Made by a program: the position numbers and the translations under genes. From a virus (Duplodnaviria; Caudoviricetes): a stretch of 64,000 nt of DNA. The stretch spans positions 1 to 64,000 of the IMG/VR virus record IMGVR_UViG_3300035501_000350; one strand, written 5' to 3'. The stretch's first letter is position 1. Every line of letters starts with the position of its first letter. Shown here one piece after another: positions 1 through 11,296 of the stretch. The notes under the pieces are model-generated. The model made no database searches, had not been told where the DNA came from, and was given only the letters and a program-made list of their open reading frames with translations.

Positions 1-345
1 CCACGGATGAAACTTTCGCCAATCATTTAACCACATCCTTTCTAATTATTTTGATGTAAAACTCTTTATATTTGTCTAGTTTTGAACGTAAACATTACTA
101 TAATGAATAATCCCTGATACCTGTAAGGTGGGTTATTTATTTAGAGCATGGTGATAAGTTCTTTCTTGGGTTGGCTTGAATGTGTAGAGGTTGTAGGTTT
201 GCTATAGTGTATTTCCTTTCAATTCATATGTAAATTTCTCCTTGTATATAACATCCTGGAGCTGCAGGTGGCTCCAGGATTTATACCGCAGTAAATTTAA
301 TACCAAAAAACAGATAAGTAAAATTTTAAGGAGGGATCTTATTCT

Positions 346-1278
346 ATGGCAACATCTAATGTTGGTTTTAATATTAACTCATTTGTTAAGGGTTCTCCTG
401 AAGAGAAGAGCCATACTGTTACTCAAGTGGTAGATGCTGAGGTTGTAGAACCCACAAAGAGAGGTCGTCGTAAAAAGAAGGATGATACTGCTATTGCAGT
501 AGCATCTCCTAATAGCATTGTTCCTGAGAGTAGTATGTCTTATGTACAGCAGAATATTCCATATGCTGTGGCATATCAGGATACTAATAAACAGCTTGAT
601 GATGTAATCAATGATCTTAATATGCTTGGATCTGAAGTCATTGATGAACTTCATACTATTAGAGCTTCTAAGACTCTAAAGAACAAGTATACTTATATCA
701 ATGATATGACAGCAACAGCATCTTCTATCATTAGTGCTAAACTAGCAGCTATCAAAGAGAAGAATACTGTTATCAATAACGTAAATAGAATGGAGCTTGA
801 TAGACTCAAGCAGCTTAAGGTTCAGGCTTCTGAAGAAGATGAGAATACTCGTATCGCTAACCTGTATGATGCATTTGTTAATACTCCTGTTGGTGTAGGA
901 GTTGCTGGTCTTGGACCTTCTATGCAAGATATGATTATCTCTGGTTCTGGTCAGGATATTGATAGAACTAGCATTGGTCTTGCAGATAATCAAGCAAATT
1001 GGGAACAGTCATTAGATCCAGCAAATAACCGGATGCTTCTTGAGGCTAGAGGAAATATAGAGACAGTAGTAATGTATGATGAGTCTACTGGCAATCGTTG
1101 GTTTGATGTAGTGGATAAACAGACAAGACAATCTGTTCCTAACGTAGAAAGACCTGACAATACGTACATCTATGATTTGGATATCAATATCCATGGAGGA
1201 TACGCAAAGGATAGTAATCTCAGCAAAGTATATCCTCTTGTTGTTGTTAATGCCGATAGTGGTATGAGCGAGTATTAA
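346..1278 (+). CDS. hypothetical protein with coiled-coil centre, probably late/virion
   Basis: 310-aa ORF; AAGGAGG RBS; AACA-N6-TA late-type motif just upstream (~309-320). Confidence 0.75.
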   Translation: MATSNVGFNINSFVKGSPEEKSHTVTQVVDAEVVEPTKRGRRKKKDDTAIAVASPNSIVPESSMSYVQQNIPYAVAYQDTNKQLDDVINDLNMLGSEVIDELHTIRASKTLKNKYTYINDMTATASSIISAKLAAIKEKNTVINNVNRMELDRLKQLKVQASEEDENTRIANLYDAFVNTPVGVGVAGLGPSMQDMIISGSGQDIDRTSIGLADNQANWEQSLDPANNRMLLEARGNIETVVMYDESTGNRWFDVVDKQTRQSVPNVERPDNTYIYDLDINIHGGYAKDSNLSKVYPLVVVNADSGMSEY

Positions 1279-1283
1279 AATTA

Positions 1284-1312
1284 ATATAGAGGGGAGAAAT
1301 CCCCTCTATATT
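1284..1312. terminator. bidirectional intrinsic terminator
   Basis: atatagagggga-gaaa-tcccctctatat hairpin between convergent genes. Confidence 0.75.
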
Positions 1313-1316
1313 TCTC

Positions 1317-4019
1317 TTAGTATTGCCAAATGATATTTCCTTGGTAGATCTCGCTACCAGTATTCTTTAGAACAATGACATCACAAGATGCCGTATTAAG
1401 CTCATTATTATGAGAGATGATAAAACATTGCTCACAGTTCATCATACCCATAATTCTATCCAGCAATTCAATAAAGAACCCTCTGTTGTTTGTATCTAAT
1501 CCTCCATCCATCTCATCTATGCTAATGATATTATACTTAGTTGAAGATTGATGAAGAATAGAGAAACTCAGTATCATAGAGATCATACACTTTTGTGCCG
1601 TACTCATAGAGCTTATATCATCATGCATTAATCCAGAACCAAGACATGGTATTCTAAACTCATTCTCATTTATAATAAATGGTTGAAGAACAAATTCGCC
1701 TTCAAATAACAGAGCCAATAGACTGTTAGCAGTATTGATGATCTTATTCATATAGAGTTGCATGAATAGAGTTTGTATTCCCGTAGATGGAGATGAATAA
1801 TATCTTATCTTCTCTATCTTGTTATATCTATCGGAATACTCTTTCATCTCTTCTTTGTATTGAGCAAGCATAGACAGAGCCTGTTGAGTAGCATTTCTAT
1901 CATCTGTAAGAATATTAATATCATTCATTACAGAACCATGATTAGAACTTAGAGTATGAAGCTGATCTTGCAATTCATTTATTTCAGTAGAATTTACATC
2001 TAAAGATTGCTTAATTTTCAACAATTCACTCTCTCTGCCCTCGGAAGGCTCAAGATCGTCTTTAACAGTTCTCGCTAGCTCGTCAACTTTAGTTTTAGCA
2101 GACTTGAGATCATCTAATTTATTTCTATCTTGAGATAATAGATTGTTTAACTCTTCTACTTGACTTGCTAAAGAGTCTGTTTTTGTGGTTAGATCTTCTA
2201 TATCAGCAATGATAGATTCAATGATATCATTTTTTGCTTCATATACTCTATATTCTGTTTCGTAAGCCTTAAGCTGTTCTAATGCCACTTTATATTCTTC
2301 TATCATATTCCCACAATCAACGTACTTATATAGATCATCTATATCTCTAAATGAATCCATACTAAGCATCCTATCATAGAAAGTATTAAAGAAGTCTTTA
2401 GACACTGGAAGCTTCTGTATAAACTTCATGCTAGACTTAATCTCTTTGTCTATGGTGTTTAGTACAAACAGAATATCACTATGCATTGAGTATAACTCAA
2501 TAGTACTTTCAAGATTATCTATTTCTGCACTTATATCCATAGAGGCTTTACACAGCCTCTGGTATTCTAACTCTGGATATTGTATGGATGCTTCTACAGC
2601 AGACTTAATATATGGGCAATCATCTATAGTACATCCATTTGGTCTATTATTCAGTTCAGCAATTAGTTCTCTCTTAGATTCAAATACAGCTATAGACTTC
2701 TCTACTTCAGATAGATTACTTCTAGCAAGATCCAAATCTTTTTGTAGTAATGGAATTCTAAGTCCTGCATCTGATACTTCATTTCTATGCTCTAGTACAT
2801 ATCTTATATCAGATATTTGAAATGCTGCTGTAATAGACATGGCTTTAGATTTTAAATCATATAGAGCTTCCATAGCAGAATCAAATTCTGATTTAGTAAT
2901 TAGATTGATATTCATCAATCCCATTTTATCAAATACAGATTCATATTGCCCTACAAGATCTCTTGCTGTTTCTACAGCAGATTTAATATCCATATAGCTA
3001 TGCTCGCTCTGTAAAGAGTTTAATTTAGTTCTCTTGCTCTCAAGCTGTTTATACTCATTCTCTCTTTGTACTAGAAGAGAATTAATCTGAGTCTTTATAG
3101 ACTCTATATTTGCTTCTGTTAAAGCGATCTGAGTCTCTAGATAATTACAGAATGCTTCTATACCAGATATATCAGAAATGCCTAAATCAGATATCTTCTT
3201 TAGTATTTTAGATCTAGTAATCTTATTATGAGAAGAAACTTCCTTTAGCTCACTAACAACAGCATCATAGTTGTTATCTCTTAATATTGCCATTAGATCT
3301 GATATTCTTAGCTTTGCTACACCAATGGCTTCTATGGTTTTATCTCTCTCATCTTCTAGAGTTTTTAATCTAGAATTGATATTCTGCAGTTTAGCGTTTA
3401 GTTGAGTTTCATTACCAAGACGATCAATCTTGTAAGTAATACTATTGATCATCTGCTTTAGCGCACTAGATGATTTACCCAACTTTTTATAGATTCCATT
3501 ATAAACATCAAGAGTGCTAATAATAGAATTTATAAGCTTCTTTCTCTCTGCTGGTTTATTATCTACTAAGCCTCTATTCTCGGAAGATAAACTAGAAAGA
3601 GAGATATAACTACTATCCATCTTAAGTTCTTCATAAATAAGATCCTTACAAGAAGATATATTCCCATTAGGATTAAGCTCAACCATTTGACCATTAATAC
3701 TCTTAGATATATAACCCTTGGTTGTTCCTCTACCAGTATTCGTCACAGGATGAATATATCTAATGACGTATTCTGTAACACCATCTACAAGACAGATATT
3801 CTTTCTAGCCTCAATCCCAGGAATAAATGAATCATTAGATTCAGGGTTAGGATTTATAGCACTCATTATGGTAGATTTACCAGAACCATTACTTCCTCTA
3901 ATGACTATCTTATTGGTTTTACATTTATCAAAATCTATCTTAATTTGAGTTAATCCCATACCATTATAGATTCCTGCATAGCCCTGTAACTCTATCCATC
4001 TATATCTCATAGTCATCAC
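1317..4019 (-). CDS. sbcC: SbcC/Rad50-like SMC-family ATPase
   Basis: Walker A GSNGSGKS, long coiled coil with central CTIDDCP hook, signature MSTAQK, Walker B ISIDEMDGGLD, ISH motif. Confidence 0.92.
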   Translation of the reverse strand: MMTMRYRWIELQGYAGIYNGMGLTQIKIDFDKCKTNKIVIRGSNGSGKSTIMSAINPNPESNDSFIPGIEARKNICLVDGVTEYVIRYIHPVTNTGRGTTKGYISKSINGQMVELNPNGNISSCKDLIYEELKMDSSYISLSSLSSENRGLVDNKPAERKKLINSIISTLDVYNGIYKKLGKSSSALKQMINSITYKIDRLGNETQLNAKLQNINSRLKTLEDERDKTIEAIGVAKLRISDLMAILRDNNYDAVVSELKEVSSHNKITRSKILKKISDLGISDISGIEAFCNYLETQIALTEANIESIKTQINSLLVQRENEYKQLESKRTKLNSLQSEHSYMDIKSAVETARDLVGQYESVFDKMGLMNINLITKSEFDSAMEALYDLKSKAMSITAAFQISDIRYVLEHRNEVSDAGLRIPLLQKDLDLARSNLSEVEKSIAVFESKRELIAELNNRPNGCTIDDCPYIKSAVEASIQYPELEYQRLCKASMDISAEIDNLESTIELYSMHSDILFVLNTIDKEIKSSMKFIQKLPVSKDFFNTFYDRMLSMDSFRDIDDLYKYVDCGNMIEEYKVALEQLKAYETEYRVYEAKNDIIESIIADIEDLTTKTDSLASQVEELNNLLSQDRNKLDDLKSAKTKVDELARTVKDDLEPSEGRESELLKIKQSLDVNSTEINELQDQLHTLSSNHGSVMNDINILTDDRNATQQALSMLAQYKEEMKEYSDRYNKIEKIRYYSSPSTGIQTLFMQLYMNKIINTANSLLALLFEGEFVLQPFIINENEFRIPCLGSGLMHDDISSMSTAQKCMISMILSFSILHQSSTKYNIISIDEMDGGLDTNNRGFFIELLDRIMGMMNCEQCFIISHNNELNTASCDVIVLKNTGSEIYQGNIIWQY

Positions 4020-4111
4020 CTCCGTAAGTTATATTAATGTAAAACTCGTTATACTTCTTTACACTAATTCTATAATATATCGTTATCGGACAAATTGAGG
4101 TATGACTTTCG

Positions 4112-4390
4112 TCATACCCCAAAGTCTTTTAGTACAGTTGTGTCTATAAGTTGTTCTGGAAATCCATGTCTCCAGTCTATTACGAACTCTTTATTACAGT
4201 TCATGCACTTTATAGAAGTAATACCTCTATAGTTTAAGCGCTCTTTTAAGTTATATAATGTATTCCCATTCCTCATAATATCAGCATAAGAAATAAGCAT
4301 CCTATTTTTAGTTACGAAGAATAGAGAATTACCGCACACCTTGCAATTGTATACTTTGCGTAGTGTGCACATTTCTTTTAAATTATTCAT
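4112..4390 (-). CDS. small Zn-ribbon protein
   Basis: CKVC...CMNC pairs. Confidence 0.65.
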   Translation of the reverse strand: MNNLKEMCTLRKVYNCKVCGNSLFFVTKNRMLISYADIMRNGNTLYNLKERLNYRGITSIKCMNCNKEFVIDWRHGFPEQLIDTTVLKDFGV

Positions 4391-4396
4391 TAATCA

Positions 4397-5071
4397 TTAT
4401 TCCTTAACACGAATTCCGTACAGAGAAAGATTATAGTTTTTAATCAGATCATTAAGATAATCTAACTCAATACCATATACATCATTCTCTGTAAGCTCAT
4501 GATATTGGCTAACAATGCTACCGGCAATAATAAGTGGAGCATATCTGTAGTTGTTTGCTGCTGCTGTAGCAGCCATACCATTCTGTAGAAGACTATTATT
4601 GCTAGTAAGAGCAATGAACTTATTTACTAAAGTACAGATATAATCGAAATACTGTGAATACTGCATGAACTCATCGGCGATTCTAGAAATTTCATCTGTT
4701 GCTTCACTGGTCTTACCCATGTCTTTAAAGTTATCCATAAAGCATACAAGATAATTCAATCCATTGAATTCAATTACATCATAGATTGTATTAGCAGCAT
4801 TGCCCTGAGCACCATAGATGCACAATACAGCAACAGAATCGTTATCTGTGTTATAAATCTTCTGATATGATTTGTCTGCAAAAGCACATCCATTATTAAG
4901 AAGAATCAATTTAGTAATTGCATCTACTTCAGTGCAATTATCATTATCATAATTTTCATGAATGGCTGTTTCTATAGCATATCTAAGTATTCTACCGAAC
5001 TGCTGTAAATGATTAGTATTATATTTACCTACCATCTGGGTTAGCCTCCATAGGATTTGGTAATCCATCAT
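4397..5071 (-). CDS. hypothetical protein
   Basis: 224-aa ORF within a minus-strand operon. Confidence 0.7.
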   Translation of the reverse strand: MMDYQILWRLTQMVGKYNTNHLQQFGRILRYAIETAIHENYDNDNCTEVDAITKLILLNNGCAFADKSYQKIYNTDNDSVAVLCIYGAQGNAANTIYDVIEFNGLNYLVCFMDNFKDMGKTSEATDEISRIADEFMQYSQYFDYICTLVNKFIALTSNNSLLQNGMAATAAANNYRYAPLIIAGSIVSQYHELTENDVYGIELDYLNDLIKNYNLSLYGIRVKE

Positions 5072-5351
5072 AGTTAATCATATCATCTAATGGAAGATGA
5101 ACAGAGTATTCAAAAAGAAGTTTTCTTAATTTAGTAGCTGGAATGAATCCTGTGCTTGTAGGAATCATATCATATACCTTACCGCACCTACAGCATTTAC
5201 CTTTAGCGCTATATCCTAACTCTTTATCAGATACTACTTCTCCATCTAGTCCAGTAAGATAAGCATTAATTTCGGACTCTACAACAACAAATTGTTTATG
5301 CCCACATGTAGGGCAAGCTCCTCTAGGGATAATATGACACATTTCTTTCAT
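5025..5351 (-). CDS. Zn-ribbon protein (start refined to MKEMCH)
   Basis: CPTC and CCRC pairs; GAAGGAG RBS before ATG 5351. Confidence 0.65.
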   Translation of the reverse strand: MKEMCHIIPRGACPTCGHKQFVVVESEINAYLTGLDGEVVSDKELGYSAKGKCCRCGKVYDMIPTSTGFIPATKLRKLLFEYSVHLPLDDMINYDGLPNPMEANPDGR

Positions 5352-5400
5352 ACATAATCTCTCCTTCCAAAAAATAATGATGGGGAGGTTATCCCCATCA

Positions 5401-5655
5401 TTATGTCCTCTTAGATGTGGAAGGAGGTGTGTACTTGATCTTGCGTATATCCCCCTTAATAACAACAAGAGCATCGGCTCTAGTCTTAGAGAGATCTGTT
5501 ACAATAGAAGTGTATCTCTTAGGAACACCTCTAACTATAACAGTGCCAAAGCTAGCATCAGCACCATGAATTTTGGTCTTCAATGCTTCCTCTTCAGCAG
5601 AATATACGAAATACCTCAGGTACATAGACTGTTGTGTTGAATTTGTAGCAGCCAT
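5401..5655 (-). CDS. hypothetical protein
   Basis: 84-aa ORF with AGGAGG RBS. Confidence 0.65.
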   Translation of the reverse strand: MAATNSTQQSMYLRYFVYSAEEEALKTKIHGADASFGTVIVRGVPKRYTSIVTDLSKTRADALVVIKGDIRKIKYTPPSTSKRT

Positions 5656-5673
5656 ACCTATACCTCCTAAAAT

Positions 5674-7494
5674 TTATTCCTCTAAGAAATAGAAATACCC
5701 ATCTCCAAAGAGATCCACCCCATTGAAATACTCAGCACGATTCTTTACACCAACCATGTATCCAGTAAGATCACGGCCAATAGAGATACACTCTCTTACT
5801 ACAGTATCATCAGACTTTTCTGACAACCCATGATCCTTAATAATCCTACACATTACACGTTTAGACTCCATAGACTTATACATGTCTATAGCTCTAGCCA
5901 ATTCAGCTTCCCATGTGCTAGGTTCTTCATACTCATCAAAATGCCCATCATGCAATTGAACAAGAGGACAGATCGTTCCAGAGATTCCAGGATCAGAGTT
6001 AGATGAACTATCAATATCTACTCTACCAAGATGAGATGGATGAATTGCTCTGTAAGCAGAACTAATAGCATTAGATTTCTCTCCAATGCCAGATACGCCT
6101 TTGTAGGTATACTTAAGAGCAATGATGGAGTCCATATCATTAATGCAACTCTTATAGTTTACAAGCTGGCATTTAGATATAGCATTGATCAGATACATAG
6201 GGGGAATCTGTATAGCTTTACGAATAGTAGTGATATCAGCAGTATCACCCTTATCGGATATTCTATAGATTCCGTATACTAATCTAGATGCATACAGAGA
6301 GGCAATATACTCTGCCCATCTAACTTTCTTAGTTGAGATATCAAGATTATCCTTCTTACGGAGAGAGTTAAACTCATACATCATCCATCTAAGAATTCTA
6401 TATATATCTGCTTTATCTTCCATGCTAAGCTTAAGATCCCTCATGGTAGATTTATCATAGATAAACTCAAGAGAGCCAAGAATAGAATTACCCTTATCAT
6501 AGATGGTATCAAGATCTTTGGTGGTAAACTCCATACCAAGAAACTTAATCCACGGATCTCTACCTTTGAAATCATCTGGAGATTCATCTTTACTGCAGTT
6601 GATTACTGAAGATACAGTGTATACAAAGGATTGGTAAATCTGTACTGAGTTATACAGTACTTTTGGAACCACTATATAGTGTTCATCTTTGATTTGGAAT
6701 ACGTAGAACTTATTACGATCTACTGTAGTTACATCTGCTACGATATCAGTATCTATAATTTTAAGAAACTCCATAGCTCCGTAGAAGCCCATCTTAGCAA
6801 GAATATACTTCATAATGAAGAATGATTTCTTAAATATATTAGATACAAAATACGTGCAAGGAATAGACTCTCCATCAATATCAGTAAGTGTTCCAGTATA
6901 GCGGTACAATCTAACCGGCATAGCAACAGTCTTAAATGTAATAGACTGTTTCTTTGCAGACTTAGAAGCACTATTATTGTAGGTTGATGCATCTACAATC
7001 TGATACATTGCTGAATAGAGATTTCCATTGATTCTAAAATAGAAGTTATCAACAATTCTAGGAATAGCAATATATACAGTTACAGTATCATTTACTAATC
7101 CATTCTTCTTCTCATTAATCTGAATGAAGTAAATAACCTTAATGAGTTTAAGATCAGAATCTTTCAGATTGATATAAGCGAATTGATTATCTTTTCTAGA
7201 ACCTCCAGAGGAAGATCTCTTACTAGAGCTCTCACTAGACTTCTTACCTTTATTGATGATATAGTCCTCATATTCCCACAAAATGTGGTTAATGTCGTCA
7301 TACCCATCAATTACTTCAAAGCTCATTACTTTGATAGTGAACGTAGAATCTCGCTCACAGCTGTAGATAATATCTCTAATTGCTTCTACCAATTCATCAT
7401 CAGTACGAACAAATAGATCTTTATTAAAGTGTGGACGATGCTCTTCATTATATTGATGGATAAAAGCTCTCTGAGCTTTTGGGTTGTTACTCAT
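5674..7494 (-). CDS. rpoB: multisubunit RNA polymerase beta subunit, N-terminal half (probably non-virion RNAP)
   Basis: YFRINGN and RAIHPSHLGRVDIDSSSNSDPGISG resemble RpoB motifs ([23 protein letters not shown]); split beta is typical of phiKZ/AR9-like phages. Confidence 0.85.
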   Translation of the reverse strand: MSNNPKAQRAFIHQYNEEHRPHFNKDLFVRTDDELVEAIRDIIYSCERDSTFTIKVMSFEVIDGYDDINHILWEYEDYIINKGKKSSESSSKRSSSGGSRKDNQFAYINLKDSDLKLIKVIYFIQINEKKNGLVNDTVTVYIAIPRIVDNFYFRINGNLYSAMYQIVDASTYNNSASKSAKKQSITFKTVAMPVRLYRYTGTLTDIDGESIPCTYFVSNIFKKSFFIMKYILAKMGFYGAMEFLKIIDTDIVADVTTVDRNKFYVFQIKDEHYIVVPKVLYNSVQIYQSFVYTVSSVINCSKDESPDDFKGRDPWIKFLGMEFTTKDLDTIYDKGNSILGSLEFIYDKSTMRDLKLSMEDKADIYRILRWMMYEFNSLRKKDNLDISTKKVRWAEYIASLYASRLVYGIYRISDKGDTADITTIRKAIQIPPMYLINAISKCQLVNYKSCINDMDSIIALKYTYKGVSGIGEKSNAISSAYRAIHPSHLGRVDIDSSSNSDPGISGTICPLVQLHDGHFDEYEEPSTWEAELARAIDMYKSMESKRVMCRIIKDHGLSEKSDDTVVRECISIGRDLTGYMVGVKNRAEYFNGVDLFGDGYFYFLEE

Positions 7495-8108
7495 TTAGCA
7501 CTTCTCCCTTCAGTAAGATCTACAGTAATTTCTGTATTCATTGGGTTTGGTGCATCCTCCTTATCCCTAAGAGTCAGCTCGGCAGAGATATCAAAAGCTC
7601 CACAGATAGATATAAGCTTAGCTAGAGTTATAGAACTTCCCTTAAGCAATCTCATATCATTCTGGAATTGATCGAAACGGTCTTCATACTGTTTCTTATC
7701 AACTTGCTTGGTGTTGATCGCTGTCTTTAGGGCTTTCATCTCAGGGGTGTCTTCATCTCCAATCTTAAGATAGAAGATGTTATCACTTGTAGTCATAATT
7801 TCAGACTGAATATCCTTTATGAGCTCATTGTTATAAAGAATATCAGCAATACTCTTAGGATTAGTGTAGTCTATGATTTTGTCAGCAGAATACTCTTCTA
7901 GATTCTCTGGTTTAACTACTCTACAGCACATCGATCCTTGCTGATAGTAATACCCAGGGCCATCATCTAGAGTCCTGCTACGAATTGGCATAACTGTGCC
8001 ATGTGCTTCAATCGCCGTAAACTTTGGGCTGAACAGATCTGGATTCTTAGTATACTCGTCCATTGTTGCTACGGAATATAACCTATTCTCCAACTGTACT
8101 TTTTTCAT
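7491..8108 (-). CDS. hypothetical protein, possible C-terminal HTH
   Basis: 205-aa ORF overlapping the RNAP gene start by 4 nt. Confidence 0.7.
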   Translation of the reverse strand: MKKVQLENRLYSVATMDEYTKNPDLFSPKFTAIEAHGTVMPIRSRTLDDGPGYYYQQGSMCCRVVKPENLEEYSADKIIDYTNPKSIADILYNNELIKDIQSEIMTTSDNIFYLKIGDEDTPEMKALKTAINTKQVDKKQYEDRFDQFQNDMRLLKGSSITLAKLISICGAFDISAELTLRDKEDAPNPMNTEITVDLTEGRSAK

Positions 8109-8194
8109 TAATACCCACCTTCTAAAAAATAAAACCTACAGGGGATATGATTTTACTCATATCCCCCATAGTAATCTGCCATTGTATGTTTTAA

Positions 8195-8908
8195 TTACTT
8201 CTCAAGAGCTGCGTCGTCCTTGATGATAGCCTTAAGATGGCCATCGGGAGTTACAGCAAACACTTTCTCACCGAACTCCACAGATACAGATGCAGTGAAG
8301 TACCCAGGAACCTCAATATCAACAACCTCATTGGGGTTCTGGTCTGCCTCTCTCTCAAGAATCTGGACCAGAGTATCGACAATCAGCAAGCATGCATCAT
8401 ACATGTAAGACGAATGCTCAAACGCAATTCCGATGATGTCATAAGAAACCTTATCAAAGACAGACTTGAAGCCCTCGTTGCTATACAGGAGTTTCTTTAC
8501 AGTCTTCTTAGCTTCCAACTCAGTAACGTCAGACTCATTAAAGGTCATGACGAAGCTCCAGTTACCGGGCTCATCAGGATTATCGTTATTCTCATGATAC
8601 TCAACAATGGCGGCAAACTTAAAGTTGCCAGCGGTATCAGTCAGTACCATAGCAACAGCTTCATCAACCTTGGAAATCTTCACACGGGAGAGATAAGCTG
8701 CAGTGGATGCAAAGAATGACTGCAGAAGCAGCTCAGGACGATTATCATCTCCAAAGGCGTATCCTGCAACATCAGCATTCACGATGAATGCCTGATGATA
8801 TTCAGTTTCCTCAATAGTCTTATTAGCCTGTGCAGAAATCATACCACGTCTAATAGCATTAGCGATAAACAGTTTGCTAAACTCAGTGGTGTCAATTGTT
8901 TTGGTCAT
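8195..8908 (-). CDS. hypothetical acidic protein
   Basis: GGAGG RBS; TATAATATA early-type motif at ~8965. Confidence 0.75.
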   Translation of the reverse strand: MTKTIDTTEFSKLFIANAIRRGMISAQANKTIEETEYHQAFIVNADVAGYAFGDDNRPELLLQSFFASTAAYLSRVKISKVDEAVAMVLTDTAGNFKFAAIVEYHENNDNPDEPGNWSFVMTFNESDVTELEAKKTVKKLLYSNEGFKSVFDKVSYDIIGIAFEHSSYMYDACLLIVDTLVQILEREADQNPNEVVDIEVPGYFTASVSVEFGEKVFAVTPDGHLKAIIKDDAALEK

Positions 8909-8992
8909 TTGTAATACCTCCATTTGATAATAAATATTAGTTGTATAACCCTTTATACGAATTTATATTATACAATTATCTTTAAGTTTAAC

Positions 8993-11296
8993 TTATTGTA
9001 TAACTATATTATTCCTCTTGAGGAACTCCTCTCTCGTGTAAATAGGAATACCATACTTACGCGCTGTTGTAATCTTGCCAGAATTTTCATTAGGATCTAA
9101 TGCTATCAATGCAAAAGTATTCTTAGTAACAGTATACTTATCGTTAGCATCATATCCATTAGCGTTCAACAGTGCTGTGAATTCAGCATCTCTGAATCCA
9201 GTGAATGCCACTTTAGGTTTAGCCACTTGATTTTTGAAATCAGTAATAGTCATATACCGTAGAGCGGCATCTATTTCATCCCTATAACATCTAATTCCAG
9301 CTATGATAGATTCTATAGCTCCCTTACCGATTCCGGATATATTGATAGCTGCTACTTTAATAGCGCTATCATCCATGGCAGTCAACTGTCTTAGAGGAAT
9401 TACGCTAAATACAGACTTCCATTTCTCTTCTGCCATTCCATCAAAGCTTAGAGCGCTCATAAGCTTATAGTCTTCAATCGGCGCATTACGAAGATTAAGA
9501 CAATAGCTCATGAATTTATTACGCTCTACATCACCTAAAGGAGATAGATCAATAGAATACGGATCCAGAAGTTGAGTTAAGGATGTTAGCTTAAGATCTC
9601 TAACAGTCTGTTCTCCAACATCTCTAAACCCAAGCCTATCAACCATGTCTACCATTCGCATAGTCATACGTTCTGGACAACGTAGGTTAACGCATCTAGC
9701 GGATTTACCAGATGGAGAAATAGCAATCTTAGTCCCACAGAAAGGACAAATCTCAATAAATTTCTCTGGAGTTCCATTGAAGTTTCTATTAAACTCCGTA
9801 TCTGGTTTGGTTACATAGCTGATAACATCATTTACATACTTCACGTCGATCTGTTCTCCAATTGCTAGGTTTAGTTCTTTGAATCTCTCATAGGAATGAA
9901 TGGTTTGTTTAGTGTGGATTCCTCCAATGAATTCACATGGCTTAAAGTGAACCATAGGAATTACTTCTCCAGATTTGCCAATGGAATAAGTGTATCCAAC
10001 AAATGTGGTTCTAGCAACTCTAGGATTAAACTTAATAGCCATAGAATACTTATTGACAGAGTTCTCTCTACCAAGAGCACTAATCTTATTAGGATCGGTG
10101 AAAGATATGACAACTCCATCAATCATATAGGGAAGAATCTTTCTAATGGTTTCTGCTGCTTCTGTAAACTCTCTAACCTGGAAGATGATTTCCTGATAAT
10201 TACCCTGGAAGAATACATGACGATTTACTTCACCAGAGTTATAATAGGCATTCAGGAACTTCAACTCATCAGCTCTAGGCAATTCAAGAGAACAAGACAG
10301 AGGAATTAGAGTTATAAAATCAACGTATCTATACGCATCACTAGCACTAAATAGACCAATGATGCCATTTCTAGCATTCTTATAACTCTTTCCTCTAAGC
10401 TCTCCAAGAAGCTCAAGATTACGCTTAGTAATAACAGCTTCAAATTTGATACCAAACTTAAAGTCGTTAGGAACAGAACCAGCATTAGGGAATTTATATC
10501 CTCCAAGTATTGGAGTTAGATCAGTGGCAATATTCTCAGCAGTATCTCCTCTGCTAAGAGCTGCAATGATTGTATCTCCCTGTACTTCTGCTTCTACAGA
10601 TACGCCATCATACTTAAGCTCTCCGACCATTTCAAATCTCTCGTTAGGATGAATAACACCCTTATCAAGACACTTATGAATAAAGTCTCTTTCAAAGATC
10701 TTAATAGATGGCTTGTCTGCTACTCCTTCCTGTGCGGCATCGCTGATAGTTACAAATTTACACTTATCAAGAGTACCAACCAGTTCAGGATATTTATGAG
10801 TTGTATTGATTAACCTCTTAGTTATAGGAGGTTTATCATCAGCATAAACAACTCTAGGTCTTGCTGCTGCTATAGGGGTATGTTGTCCCCAAATATCTCT
10901 TACAAACAGATGAGAATCCATTTCGTTATTAGAGACATAATTACACATAACCTTGCTATCAATTATCTCATTCTGCGCTTGCTCCACCATAGGAGTAACC
11001 TCAGCACCAACTTGATAGTTCGGGTTGTATTTCTGATAAAGAACCAACAGCTGATCGTAAATCCCATCGTCTAAGAACAACACATCTGCTGAAGTATTAT
11101 TATAGGCAATATTACTTACTCTAAGAATAATATCAGCAATCTCTATCTGTTCTTGATTCCATACAGGATTATTGATTAGCTCTGCTGCGATATTGCTTAC
11201 ATAGACACCTAAAGATACGTCACGAAGGATCTGAAGATTGCCCTCTCGCAAGCTCTTTAAAATATCTTCCAAGCTCTGTAAGGTTGTCTTCTCCAT
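8993..11296 (-). CDS. ligA: NAD-dependent DNA ligase
   Basis: ELKYDGVS adenylation motif, SRGD, IDGVVI, AIKF, Zn finger CPFC...C..C, C-terminal BRCT (VAFTGFRD). Confidence 0.95.
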   Translation of the reverse strand: MEKTTLQSLEDILKSLREGNLQILRDVSLGVYVSNIAAELINNPVWNQEQIEIADIILRVSNIAYNNTSADVLFLDDGIYDQLLVLYQKYNPNYQVGAEVTPMVEQAQNEIIDSKVMCNYVSNNEMDSHLFVRDIWGQHTPIAAARPRVVYADDKPPITKRLINTTHKYPELVGTLDKCKFVTISDAAQEGVADKPSIKIFERDFIHKCLDKGVIHPNERFEMVGELKYDGVSVEAEVQGDTIIAALSRGDTAENIATDLTPILGGYKFPNAGSVPNDFKFGIKFEAVITKRNLELLGELRGKSYKNARNGIIGLFSASDAYRYVDFITLIPLSCSLELPRADELKFLNAYYNSGEVNRHVFFQGNYQEIIFQVREFTEAAETIRKILPYMIDGVVISFTDPNKISALGRENSVNKYSMAIKFNPRVARTTFVGYTYSIGKSGEVIPMVHFKPCEFIGGIHTKQTIHSYERFKELNLAIGEQIDVKYVNDVISYVTKPDTEFNRNFNGTPEKFIEICPFCGTKIAISPSGKSARCVNLRCPERMTMRMVDMVDRLGFRDVGEQTVRDLKLTSLTQLLDPYSIDLSPLGDVERNKFMSYCLNLRNAPIEDYKLMSALSFDGMAEEKWKSVFSVIPLRQLTAMDDSAIKVAAINISGIGKGAIESIIAGIRCYRDEIDAALRYMTITDFKNQVAKPKVAFTGFRDAEFTALLNANGYDANDKYTVTKNTFALIALDPNENSGKITTARKYGIPIYTREEFLKRNNIVIQ

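Noticed and set aside
11220-11296. 77-bp overlap of RNAP beta-C and ligase as a programmed frameshift or fusion
   Set aside because: Both genes are complete with their own motifs; a variable C-terminal tail overlapping the next start is the simpler explanation.
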